Notes under the pieces: model-generated
The model's database searches: none
What the model saw: the letters and a program-made list of their open reading frames with translations, nothing else
Told to the model about the DNA's origin: nothing
DNA from: Lingula anatina
Lineage: Eukaryota; Animalia; Brachiopoda
Assembly: GCA_051362555.1 (NCBI GenBank)
Contig: CM120647.1
Span: 6,944,001 to 7,008,000, forward strand
DNA length: 64,000 nucleotides
Direction of reading: 5' to 3'
In this document: one piece after another, positions 1 to 12,469 of the stretch
Layout of the letters: each line of letters opens with the position of its first letter
How positions within the stretch are numbered: position 1 is the stretch's first letter
Program-made: the position numbers and the translations under genes

Positions 1-1891
1 CAGGGATGTACATCAGGGAAGTGGTACTCAGGAAGTGCGCCGAGAGGCCGGGCGGCCCCTTGGGAATGAGTGATTCTATTTGTTTTTCATATTGGAATTT
101 CTGCTACCTCTACCTAAGGCTAAAGAGTGAGGGTGATGAAATTTTGTAAATTGATTCACCTAAACCATCAGAATTTTAGCTTGGGATTGAATCCTGTCCC
201 TGGTGGTGGCTTCTTTTTTTATTGTACAATGTATTTTCTGTTACCTCCTCTCAAACTATTTGAGTGAGGAACTTTGGTGAATTATGTATGAGAGAGATGT
301 GCATAGGTACAAAGAAATTAGTGCAGAAGGACTTGAGACTGTCTTTGTCGGTGGATGATTATAGTTTTTTTTCACGTGGTAATATCTGTTATCTCCTTCT
401 AGACAGATAAGGCTTTTGCTATTCTGACAGTCAATTTTTTTCATCGAAATTTTTATATAAACAAGCTTGGGAGCAGATTTTAATGCTGTTATTATGCCTT
501 TCTTTTCAATAACTATTGCTAATGCCCAAACAGTGCCATACGTAACCAGGGATGGGGTAACAGAGGTCCACTTAGCTACTCTTGACAAATTGGGGAAGTA
601 AGGGGATGTGCTAAGGCTACCCATCTGCAACATCTAGTTCGTAGCTACTAATCGGGTGATTATTCAACATTGAACAGTTTTTGATGGCATTTTTTATAAA
701 GACCAGTTCGTTTTACTTATATCAAGGCGTACATGCACCTCAGTCCCAGGGGCATAAATTAAATAAAGGAGTTGCCAAAATGCCCTGGTCGCTTATTAAA
801 GACGGTCATTGCCACCATGTGAAGTATATTAAAAAAGACACCATCAGGCATGCTGTACGTGTAGGATCCTCTGACAACCCCCGCCGACAGTCAAAGATGG
901 GCCAAAGGGATAACATATGATGTAGGATACTGTACACTGATACGTTAAGAGATCGATTGGCGTTCCATTTGTTGCATCATTCTTAAAGAAACACTACATG
1001 GCAAAGAAACATCATCATACTTACAGTGAAATCTTTCTGTCTTCGTTGCTGTTCAGTGTATTACAGACTGGAATGATCTTTTCTACCCATACTCCAATAA
1101 TACAGCTGCTAGGGGATGCTGGTTATAAAATATTGAATTGGTTGGTCTGGTCTATTCTTAAAGGTGCGGATTGAATTGAATTGATTCATAAACAAAACTC
1201 TGTTTTTCAGGTCTGTGCATCCATTGTAAGAATATGAACTGTGTTTATAAATACGACCATTTTAATGACGTGATCGCGTTCCAGAGATGGAATTGCCTGC
1301 TCCTTGAGATTATACGCGCAATACGACTTGTGGGTACCTTGTCAGGGTCAGCGTGTCAAGCGCCTCATTCAGAATGGGGGATTGACTAGTACGAAGGTCA
1401 AATATGGCGACCTACCACAAAGCTTGCCGTCTAACCAGCTAATAGACACTGAATAGATATCCCGTGGGGAAGTATTCAAGTGGGTCAGCCATATTTGACC
1501 CTCGGACTGGTTAGTCTACTGTTCCGAATGGCCCCATTGCAGCAGTTTCAAGGTTACACAACCTTGCCATGCAAAGCTAGGCAGTCAGAAAAAAACTTGC
1601 ATTCGTTGGGGTTAGAGTTAAACATTACCGTTTCCTGCGTAGATGATCTAACCATGACGGTTAAATATGGTGTTAATCAATCATTTAAGATTTCAGATAA
1701 GAGCTCTCTAAGTCAAAATTAAAAACGTTATTGTTGACTTATAGCAACAAAACTGAGAAGCTGGCTACCTTATACTTTTAAACAATGCATTGAAAGCACC
1801 TCAGGCAAACAGAGATGATTTTTTTATTCTATAATTACATTCTATAATAAATGATAAACTAACCACAGAGCCATTTACCGTCAGAAAAGAC

Positions 1892-2520
1892 TCAAGTTGT
1901 ATGCCTCACATACTGAACTGCCTTGTCAATGTTTTCTAATATCTTTTCGCCGAATCTAAAAATTGAGGCATCCGTTATTATTCCACTCCCCATGAAGTGT
2001 TGTCTGTAGTGATGCAACGACCCCAAGTCTCCCCCTGCGTTAAAAGTGCTTTCCGTGGCGCGTTCGATCCAGTGGACATCCATCAGCCATACTTTCTCTG
2101 GCTTAACGATAGTTTTGTAACAACACCTTTTACTGAACGAATGGATCTTACGTGAACGTCGGGAAGTTAAGAGACAAGCTGGGCGATAACGTAACAGCCT
2201 CGCTTCCAATTTTCCCTTCACGGCTGGATATGTGTCAATAGTCGCTGGACTAATTATGAACTCTTTCTTGGCGAATGCGTACCCCGCACGGTCCTGCGGT
2301 AAACTTTCTAACATGGCATATAAGTCGTTTTGTTTCCTTGGCACGATTAACTCGTCTGTATCGACGAAAACGACGTATTTGAACTCATACATGGTACGGT
2401 AGAGGCAGTCCTGGATTGAGGATAGTTCGGCGTAGTAGTGCACTCCTTCTGTGGCTTCATTGCCGACAGAATTTACTCGCAAGTTTGGTGGTAAGTTCCA
2501 TGGAATTAATGTCATTATCC
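1892..2520 (-). CDS. GT92-family glycosyltransferase, last coding exon
   Basis: HYYAELSSIQDCLYR, VFVDTDE (DxD), KTIVKPEKV..MDVH, LHHYR motifs. The three exons sum to 1479 nt = 492 aa + stop. Confidence 0.9.
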
Positions 2521-2737
2521 CTAAAAAGAAAAGTAGAGTACAGTTAAGCCTCAGTCACAACCGGACGCTTGAATTTTAGGCCCGTACCTGTACATGTACA
2601 ACCCCTACGAATTTTGGATGTAGCGGAGACCGTGGAGTTCGTAGAGGTAGATGAAAGCTTGCACTGGAAAGGCACAAGTCTGCCTTGGGAGTCGCAGGGG
2701 GCACGTGAGATTCTCTTTCAAGCAGGGACGCTAGGTA

Positions 2738-2974
2738 ATTATCTCCGCCAAGGAGCTTATGTTTTCACCCCTGTTTGTCTGTTTGTTTGTCATCAACATA
2801 ACTCAAAAAGTTATCGACCGATTTTGATGAAATTTTCAGGAACTGTCAGAAGTGGGCCTAGGAAGAGATGGTTAGTTTTTGGTGGTGATCCGGATCAATA
2901 ATCAATCAATAATCAATAATAATAAAAAATCGCTGCCTTGGCGGAAGTCTGCGCTCTCGGGGTGCTTTTCTAGT
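2738..2974 (+). mobile_element. Non-autonomous Helentron/HINE-like element nested in a MITE within the GT92 intron
   Basis: Subterminal inverted repeat ctccgccaagg / ccttggcggaag, GTTT/GTCT microsatellite, 3' end ...tgcttttctagt; the related MITE copy at ~53708-53960 lacks this insert. Confidence 0.6.
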
Positions 2975-3638
2975 TGCTAGGTGCGATGACCGTAGAAATT
3001 GGACTCATTTCTTGAATTTGTCTTGCTACAGTACCTGAGTAAGTGGCACGCACTCACCAGCCGAACAAATTGTTAAACAGAAATAAGAGAGGAAAAATAT
3101 AATGACATGTATGGTTAAAAGTAAGGCCATTAGTTGGACCTTATATTATAATGTGTTTCTTATATTAAGTTTAATTCTATTTTATGTGCCGCGTTAAGAC
3201 ACAGTTTTTTTTTTTACCGTAAGCAATGATTTAATGTTTAACAGCAGAGGGGCGACAATCGTATTCCGTCGTCTATGTGAATAATTGTCCGCTTTGTGAC
3301 ATGGGGGAGTAGGCCAGATCCCAATTACCATCATTAGATGTTTATAAAACCCATTTTCATTTGCTGACCTGTAAGTTTAATATGATATACCTTGATCTCT
3401 AATATCCACAATTTAATTACACATGCCATTCAAACGAACTGTAATTCAAAGCTAGGTGATTTATAATAATGAAGCTTTAGGAGTCTTTTTTCTAATTTAA
3501 ATAGGGAAGGTTAAAATGAAATGGCATTCAAATCAGATTTCTGAAGAAAAAGAAAGAAAGAAAGAACGAAATACAAAATAAAATGAAAAGAAAATAAACT
3601 GATAATTAATCAAAGAATGGCCAAAATTATCCCCTTAC

Positions 3639-3967
3639 CTTGTTGAACATACGCCCGGATAACCGGATTCATCACAGGATCACCAGTGTAATTATACAAG
3701 GTGAAATGCTCCGCTCCAAGTGTCCGGTAAACCTCAACAAACTCTATCAACCGCATGAAGTTACTATATTCAAAAAGGGGAGTCTCTACACAAACTCCGA
3801 TCTTCCGTCTCAGCTTGTTCGCATCCCACTTGCTTGGCCGACTCTTGTCGATCACCTTGAGAATGGGGACGCTGTTTGTGTGAGCAGAGTTTCGGTCTTC
3901 CACCAAGGAAACGGCCAGCGGCTTTGGTAATCCTTTCACATCACAATGGTAAAGAGATGCAGAATAT
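3639..3967 (-). CDS. GT92-family glycosyltransferase, coding exon 2
   Basis: tttag acceptor, reads KYSASLYHCDVKG...IGVCV...LIEFVEVYRTLGAEHFTLY (GT92 signature), GTAAGG donor; phases match both neighbours. Confidence 0.88.
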
Positions 3968-4464
3968 CTAAAGTAAATAAATGAACAAATACATAGAACA
4001 GAGTTTACATAGGCCCCTCTTCACAGTGGTTATCTAAAATAATAATAATAAAAAATAAACGAACAAATTAATCGATAAATAATTTGGTAAATTTGCATAG
4101 TTTAATTAAGAAAGCTAGAAGATGTGGTAAAGCGAATATTTGGTTGTCCACAATCCCCCGTACACACATACACATAACCAGCTAGAATTAAACATTTACC
4201 CCCCCCTCTTCCTTTTCTGTCCTACCCCAATAAAGATGAATAAACAAGACTTTACCATTCCCCCAAATCAAGAAGAAGAAGAAGTCCTGCAGCTGCTTAT
4301 TTCAACGTGGATTATCATATTTGAGAAAATTGTGAACCCTTCTACAGTAGGACCTTCTGGCACAGAACCAAGATCAAATTTCGATCCAAAGAGGACCTTT
4401 CCCGTTCAAAAGCATACTCCCAGATCATCCGTTCATAAATACGTGTCATATCAATGCAACTTAC

Positions 4465-4985
4465 TTTCCCCTCTTTGGATTTCGCTCAAGCTTTGCCGGC
4501 CGCACTATACTATCATTACTAGACAGGTCACCACCGAGTCCAGTTTTACCCGCTTCTCGGAACCAAACTCTGCAGAATCCCGGCGGTTTAGTCTCTCTGT
4601 CTACAAGTGATACAATTCGAACGTGTCCTCCCTCGCGGTCATCGTAAAATGCTGAGAAAAAGTACTGTTTTCCGCCTGGTTGTTCTTTCCACGTCAAGTC
4701 CTCCTTGTCAGGAAGGCCAGAGGACAGCATTTTAGGAACAACCGGAAGCTGGACAGTCATGTTAACCGGAAACACATAGTGTCGTCTGCCGTGGGGTAAA
4801 ATCAAAGAAAGCGGGGGTGTATATTGTAGTGTTAGTTGTTCCCCTAACGAAACTTTGGTAAAAAAAGGAAAGGAGGGCTTGATGATTACATTTTTCCATC
4901 CTTTGAATAATAAGTGGAACAATAGTACCATGGCAGTCAAAACCAGAAAGACGTAAAAAATGGACTTATTTTGCGTCGATAACAT
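4465..4985 (-). CDS. GT92-family glycosyltransferase (galt-1-like), coding exon 1
   Basis: ATG at 4985, N-terminal type II TM segment (IFYVFLVLTAMVLLFHLLF), 'YFFSAFYDDR' typical of GT92 N-region; GTAAGT donor after 4465 (phase 2). Confidence 0.85.
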
Positions 4986-5081
4986 CCTTCTAAGTGTTGG
5001 GACACTCTGGACGGTCTTCTTTAACTTGAAAGTTGAACTGAAAATATAAGACTTAATATATATACATGTATATACACATAC

Positions 5082-5329
5082 CAGGGGCGGATTTAGTGGG
5101 TGTCAAGGGGGTCCTAACCCCCCCACCTCTTCCATTTCTGAAAGAAAAATATAACCAATGATCCCCTCTTCAAATTAGAAGTTTGACTAGCTGATGCATA
5201 GTTCTTAACCGTACCAAAGGGCACAGTTTGCCCTCTAAATATCACATTTTTTCGGGGCCCTTACGCCAAGGGGTAGGGGAGAAGTCGGGGGATCGGACCC
5301 CCCTTCCAATAATCCTGGATCTACCCCTG
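5082..5329. mobile_element. Short non-autonomous element with CAGGGGCGGAT...ATC(C/T)(G/A)CCCCTG ends; related copies near 7430-7680, 8935-9157, 19463-19770, 41570-41867
   Basis: Terminal inverted motifs and shared G/C-run internal blocks among copies. Confidence 0.55.
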
Positions 5330-5934
5330 CATATCCCTACATTTCTCCACTGTAAATGGAATGCGTCGGAGAAAAGTGCACATACATTGTAAGTAATCTG
5401 CAGCCCTGGCAGAGGATGTAGGATCCTACAGAAGCTATATTTGAAACACTCCCTCTAAACGGTGTAAGATTCGATTTTAGGTTCACAGATCGAGAAGAAG
5501 TGAGCAACAAGTGTCGTGAATTTCCAAACAACTTTATTCCCACTGCCTAAGTTCCCCTTTCTACCCACCACCTGTTCTCTTTATATCTACCTTATTGTCT
5601 CATTTAAATACGACCTTATAATAAATCTTTCTAGTCTAGGCACGGGCGCCGCGACATCCTAGGGGCGTGGGGCATGCTAAGGGGCGCCGCGACATCCTAG
5701 GGGCGTGGCAACACCATCAATACCACACCAATTTTTAAGCCTCATAAACGTGTACAGTAACACATGTTTAATGGCATCAAAGGCTGCTGGTATGTGAAGT
5801 AGCAACAGAGTAAATTTATGACAAAGTATCTATGGTGTAAAAGAATTGATCACATCGTTTTGTAAAGTGACCGTATCCAATAGTGCTAAGAAAGCGTGGG
5901 CAGTGAGTCCAAATGAGATAATTGAGCATCTTAA

Positions 5935-6306
5935 AGATACATACAAAGTCAATTTTTTGTCACAAAAACCAATCAAATGCCAGCATATAGTTTCAAGTAG
6001 TATAACTGAGAGAATTACCAAAAGGCATTGTTTAATTTTACCCGAAAATGATGTTTGAACAGATTTTTCTGCTGGCATTCTAAGCTGTATGTCAATGGGG
6101 CAGGAAGTCACGGAAGTAGGTTAAATTTTCAACCATAAATTTAAAGAAAGGAGCAGTCTAAAGGTCTTTTATGGCTAATCGAGTGATCTATTCAGTTTAT
6201 CCCTTGGCATGTCAAATTTATTTGAGTCATATAAGAATCTAGTAGAAGTGGTTTACATGTGTTACTGGGAATCCACACTCCACCGATGCTTGGTTCGTAT
6301 GTACCT
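5935..6306. mobile_element. Kolobok-like non-autonomous element (TTAA TSD)
   Basis: TTAA|AGATACATAC ... GTATGTACCT|TTAA; close copy at 36949-37331 and diverged copy ~42250-42640. Confidence 0.6.
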
Positions 6307-9300
6307 TTAAAGTAACTTGAGACTTGATGGGGGGCCAACTTACCCCGGGGTCCAACTAGCCCCGGTCTCCCCAATTTATTGCCAAAAGAATATCGTTCTG
6401 TGCCTTCAAAAAGGGACGATAATTTCGTGCTGTTGGTGTACTCTACACACTATTGAACCTGGTTAAACGGAAGTCCGCAGACATGAATTGAGTGCTGATT
6501 CAACACTTATTAAACCATTTTTAGCTGGGGCAAAAGTGACGATGACCACCAATATGACACGATGAGGTGCTACAGGTACTTAGTGCATGTCATCCACAAC
6601 AATGAGAAAACTGGCAGTTGACTTAAATAAAGGCGGTTGTTTTATCATAGACATATAAAATGACATCCACTTGAAGCCCGTTTTAAAAAAAGGTAGTGGC
6701 CAAAGCTTAGGCTGCTAAAATTAGATATCCGACTATGCAGCCAAGTTTGTATTGGTCCTGGTTAAACCCCATTGCTCTGAGACTAATCAATCATAAAAAA
6801 CTTTAACACTGAACGACTATTGCTTTGACCTAAAGGGAATTAAAAAACCTACCTGGGTTAATAATCCGTGCCACCGGTATCATCTAGTGAGAAGTCAAAC
6901 GCTAAATGTGTCATAAATAATCTATTACACACATCATCATGCTGTGCATTATTTATCAATGTTTTTATATGAATTTGGAAGATGGCGTCGTTATGGTATG
7001 ATTTTGTTTTAATTGTCAATTAAATTTCTTCGATCAACAGCTAATACAGATGTTGTTTACCCGTAGTATTTCCTTGTCTGTCTTGAACATCTTAGACTGC
7101 ATGCGTTCCCATAACCTTATAGCACTAGCAGGATAATTCTATCTCAGCGGGGATTTTCACCGAAGCGCATTCAATGTAGTTGGCGGAATTATCTGGCACG
7201 ACCCTCCATCTCGCAAAGCAAAATGAACAACATCATGGACTACAAAGTCCCCCCCCTCCGACTTTACCCAAGTGCTTTAAGTTCCAAGGGGGAGTACCAG
7301 ACATTTAAACCGCTTAAACTGACTGCAATTAAGCGAGAATCCCCGAGGAGTTAGATCGATCCAGCTACTACGATAAGGTTATGGGAACGGTAAGTTAATC
7401 AGGGAATAAGGGACATAGAACAAAAGGAATGCAATGGAGGATGGGGGGGGGGGGGGGGCGAGGGGGGCTCCTGCCACCCCCTTCTGTTTCAGGAAAAAAA
7501 TCACACTTATATTCACCTCTTTAAATTACAATAATGACCAGATTAATTATAGTTGTAAACCGTAACAAATGGCACCGTTTGCCCCCCACAAACACCAAAA
7601 TTGGGGGGAGGGCCTGAAGCGAGGCCGTCATTTCTAAAAATATGCACCACCCCCTTCAAATAATCCAGGATCCACCCCTGTCATACCACCTGTACACCGC
7701 GATCAGCAGACAAAAATCTTCTCTGTTGGGTTATTTGCCAAATATGTTATCCTCAAAACTGGCATGGTCGCACCAGCTTTTACAAATTGGAACATTTTTT
7801 AATGATTCCCTCTTCTCAGGGGCTTGCATGCATAAACCAAAACCGTCCCGTCGTGGACTCTCTTCGATTACGTTGTGCTCTTTAACGCCATAGGTGAAGC
7901 CAAACTAAATCTCAACATAAAACAGTCATAATAATATATCTAGGAACGCTCCGTGTCGGCTTCTAAAACAGGGCCTCGGTTACATCATGAACTTAAACAT
8001 TGAAGATAAGACCACGTTCGGTGACTGGCACTGCGGGGGAAGGAATACGTAAGGTAGAAAGTTTCCGTTTCAGCTGAAGCCTGTGAACAAAGTTTCTGCG
8101 GCTCCGTGGTAACTCCGCTTTCTTGGACACAGCTACACACTTGTACGCGGGTTTGAATTCTAGAAAGTTCAACGTAATGATTTAGCTAAAAAGAGGTGGA
8201 AGGAGAGGTATGAGGGGGGGGGGGGGGGAGAGGGGGTCTGATAATCCTGGGATCCTCCGTAAGCTGCCTGTCCACTGTTGTAGGCATTTACTGGTTAATG
8301 TGACGAAAACGTTGATGTTTATGCATGTTTGATAGTTATTTATTCATCAACGCCCTAAAGAATGGTTACATAAAACTTTGCAAATCATAAAAAGAGATAA
8401 AACATGACGAAGTTCTTGACTAGTCTCTCTGATCATTATCCTGCTGCTACAGTTAATTATATACGACAGGCTTTAGACTTTTTAAGGCAGGGAGGGTAGC
8501 TGTTAAGGATTTTTTAAACTTATCTGTTTAAACAATGCAAATTTTAACGTGTCATATCACAGTGTATGAGATGATGGTTTCACATCAAAATACAAAGGGG
8601 TGGATTTGCCCACTGGAGCTGTTGAAGTAACGGAAATATAAAATCGATTCAACGCCTATTTTAAGAATAAAGATCACAGCAGTAGGTATTACAAATCGTT
8701 ATTGATAAGTTTCATGTGGAGATTAGATTAGATTTGATATTATTTGTAAAGACGCGAAAAAAGCCTATGTTTTAAAGATCATCGTTATTTTAAAAAGTAC
8801 ATAATTATAAACCAAGAAAACATAATACAATGACAAGTTAATAATTAGATATACCGTATCAAGCCAATATATATGTTATCAACAAGGAGGCAAACAACCT
8901 ACCCTCTGATAACAAAGGGATCTACGTATTTCAATGGCGGATTTATTTCAGGGGAGTCCTGACGCTCCACCCCACTTTAATTTCTAAAAATATCACACCA
9001 ATGGTCGACCCCCTCTTGAAATTATAATTTTGACTAGCTGAATCATAAAATACCAATTTTTTTTCACGCCAAAGGGGTAGGGGGGTAGAAGGGTAGGCTT
9101 CTCATCCGCGGACCCCCCCCCCCCCCCCCCCTTTAAATAATTCTGGATCCGTCCCTGGTATTTCATATTATACAAAATTAGAGTATCCTATTTAAAAACT
9201 TTTTAACAGACAACGAGCAGACCCTGTGGTCAGAGAGAACAAACGATCCAACTTACACAGGTATTTACATCAACTTATCCTTACACAGGTACACATATAT

Positions 9301-10078
9301 GACCTACTTAATACCGCGCATTTGATTGTATGCACTGTTAAAATAACAACATCAGTGAGGTCATTCTGGACCAAGTTACAATGTACTGGCAGTCAACCTC
9401 AACAACCAGGAAGTGATTTTGGACTGTTTACTGGTAGCAGTTGAAGCATTCGCTTAAAGCAGTATAAGGGTCTTTGGTATAGTCTTCCAGTCCCTCGGGT
9501 AAGTATTAATATAAATTATACTTGTATTAAAGTAATATTTGTTTCTCACTGCATAGTGCAGTCGTAAATTGCCTTTGAAGTAATTAATTATTTAAAATGA
9601 CGCCGAATACACCACCCCATTACTCAATATGATTAGCAATACTGGTACATTGTTTAACTTAATTCTAATGTTTGGGGGTATAGTAAACTGCTTTGATACC
9701 CGTAAATAGGGACTTTAATAATGACGTTGGTCTCCAGCTCGATAAACATACTTTTTTCTTTATACTTGAACATGTATGGATGGAGGTCGGATTATGGCGC
9801 CCTCTGTGTCTGTGCTAGAGCGTATTCAGAACAGATGATCCGCGGATCAAATATGGCAGTCCCTTTACGAAAGAAGAGCCATCTAACCCGCTGATGAGCT
9901 CCCCTTCTCCGCACGCGCCGTCCTTGCAGGGGTGTAGGAATCAAACATCGGAGCTGTGATTAAATGGCGCGAATTAGTCGGCTCTGATTTCTTGTAGGGA
10001 CCGATACGCGGGAACTGTAGAACCGAGGTGAATGCCCTCTTATATAAAGTTTTTTGTGTACGAGGATGTTCCTGTTAG

Positions 10079-10115
<37 letters not shown>

Positions 10116-10162
10116 ATGGCTTTCAATTTCAGGACCTATTATAAAGAATGTACCAGACGACA

Positions 10163-10360
10163 ATGAATTTCGTGACATTTCTATTCTTCTCTGCTGTATT
10201 CCATCTCTACGATATAGCCTTCACCTCCACAGTCGTCAGTTCTTTTCCAAGTGGACAGACAGCAGTAGAATTCAACAACATGGCGGTTGATAATGCCAAT
10301 GAGACTTTATTTATAGGAGCTGTTAATGTTCTTTACCAACTGGACGGTAGCTTACAGCTT
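10163..10360 (+). pseudogene. Truncated plexin/Sema-domain first coding exon
   Basis: Signal peptide MNFVTFLFFSAVF... then FNNMAVDNANETLFIGAVNVLYQLDGSLQ, matching the plexin Sema N-terminal pattern FNHL.VD...VYVGAVN.LYQL; tttcag acceptor at ~10133; similarity ends ~10360. Confidence 0.7.
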
Positions 10361-10749
10361 ATTTGTAGCATGCAGTCAAATAAACACAAATTTAGCAACA
10401 TGAATCGTATATCGCCTCGTCCCTGTACTTATATTTCGCATTATAAGGCTGGGGTATGGGCTCCTCAACTGACCCCATACCCACAGATTTTAGACCTATC
10501 TATCTGGAGAGTCTCACTAGATAAATGTCAGCTTAGCCGGCTAAATGTCTGTCCCGCCTACTAAAAGCTGTAAGGGGGTAATTAACTACCGTGCGCGCTC
10601 GGCGAACAGCAATTTAGCGTGAACCCCCAGGGAGTTAGGTCGATCTAGATGGATCGATCTAAATCTATGGGAATGCAGTCATAGAGAGCAATTTGAGAGT
10701 AGGCGTTTGTTTCTCTCGTTTTAGTATATCAAAATACATTCCTCCTTAC

Positions 10750-12431
10750 CCGTTGCGGCTCTTTCATGATTGGTGTACCCCAACTGACGACAAACAACCG
10801 CGGCGTCGTCGGTTCCCCATCCACTGTCACAAACACGCCTCCATACTCCGGCAAACTTGATCTCCACACGGCCGCTGTTGTAGCCGTTACCGTCCACCAG
10901 ACGAAGTTGACCATCGTCAGCTAGAAGGTTGAGGATAACAAAGGTTATGACAGTCAAGGTCAAGGGTGGTTCTGATTCTGATTCACAAGGAGAAGAGGTG
11001 ACTCCCACATTAAGCCTAGGTCCCAACTACGTTTAGGACGCACTGTTTTAAGATTCCTTGCGTCCGGCTAGGACGTAGCTAGATAACAGGGAAGAAATCA
11101 AGTAGTTGGTGAAAAGTTTCTACGTGCTGTTTGCGTCCCCCAAAAGTCGCACGATGAACGTGCACCTCACTCACGAACTCCCACGTTTTCCCCATTTTTT
11201 GGCCGTAGACCACACTTAGCAGCCCGTACGTTCGGTTGGGACTTAGGCTTTAGGAACAGATTGTGTGGGAAATATAGGAGGGTGGGATCTGCGGACCTGT
11301 GGACGTGTTCGTGAGTGTGGTGAGTATAGACAGTTAACATTTGGAGGGCGGTCGAGGAGGGCAGGTTAGTGTTTTTGGAAACTTTGTATCTGGGACTTTT
11401 GGACATATACAGGTATGTGCAGCCTAAAGAGGTTGAACAGTATTCAACTCATTTTATCAACTTATTACCCTGAAGCTACACTTTTTAGTACATGTAGGGT
11501 AATTGGTCTACCTGTATACTATTGTGCTGGAATATTCAGTTATACCAGCTATAATGAGGCAATGGTCCAGAAATCCAATAATGCTGATGATACTGATAGG
11601 ACTATGTCTAGGTGCCTCACCACCAGCACAAAACCAAATCCGCGGGGAATCTCGCTGAATGAAAGCAGATTAACAGCCTAAAGCCTCGGTCACAACCGGC
11701 CGTACAGGCTCTTACGGGCTGTTTGCGTCCAAATTTTGCGCAGAATCTCACCTCCCACGCAAGTCCTTCTTAAGCCTAGGTCCCAACTACGTTTTAGACG
11801 CACGGTTTTTAGGTTCCTAGCGTCCGTCTAGGACGTAGCTAGATCGCAGGGAAGGAATCAAGTAAAGCCTAGGGCTCAACCGAACGTACAGGCTGTTACG
11901 TCTGCTACGGCCAAAAAAAAAATGGGGAAAACGTGGGAGTTCGTGCACGTCCATCGTGCGACTTTTGGAGGACGCAAACAGCACGTAGAAACTTTTCGAC
12001 ATGATCAACAGCCATTTCATGCGATCTAGCTACGTCCTAGCCGGACGCAAGGAACCTAAAAACCGTGCGTCCAAAACGTAGTTGGGACCTAGGCTTTACG
12101 AAATGTCGAGTTCGCAGACAGCCCGTAAGCACGTAAGGAGGATGTTGGACACGTCCAAAAGATTCTACGAATAGCCTGTGAAAGATTGCTTAGGTACCGT
12201 TTTCTGCCATTTCACGTGTGCCTTTGTATGCAATATGGCGTTTACATCAGAGGCATATGATGCAATGTATGAAAGGTTGCAACTGACTGTGACGAAAAGA
12301 ACGGCGAAAAAGGTGGTGGAGATCCTTTACGACGACCTAAAAGCAGATGTTTTTCCATGGAGCCCCCAAAATTTGGAAAGTAAGGACATTCGTGACACTC
12401 TTACGAGTCCCGCTCCCCTAGAGTGCAGTGG

Positions 12432-12469
<38 letters not shown>

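Noticed and set aside
256-920. ORFs 256-633 and 681-920
   Set aside because: No recognisable domain or splice support.
7680-8165. GC-balanced stretch considered as the missing 3' exons of SRCR gene A
   Set aside because: Minus-strand translations show no SRCR or LU cysteine pattern and hit stops.
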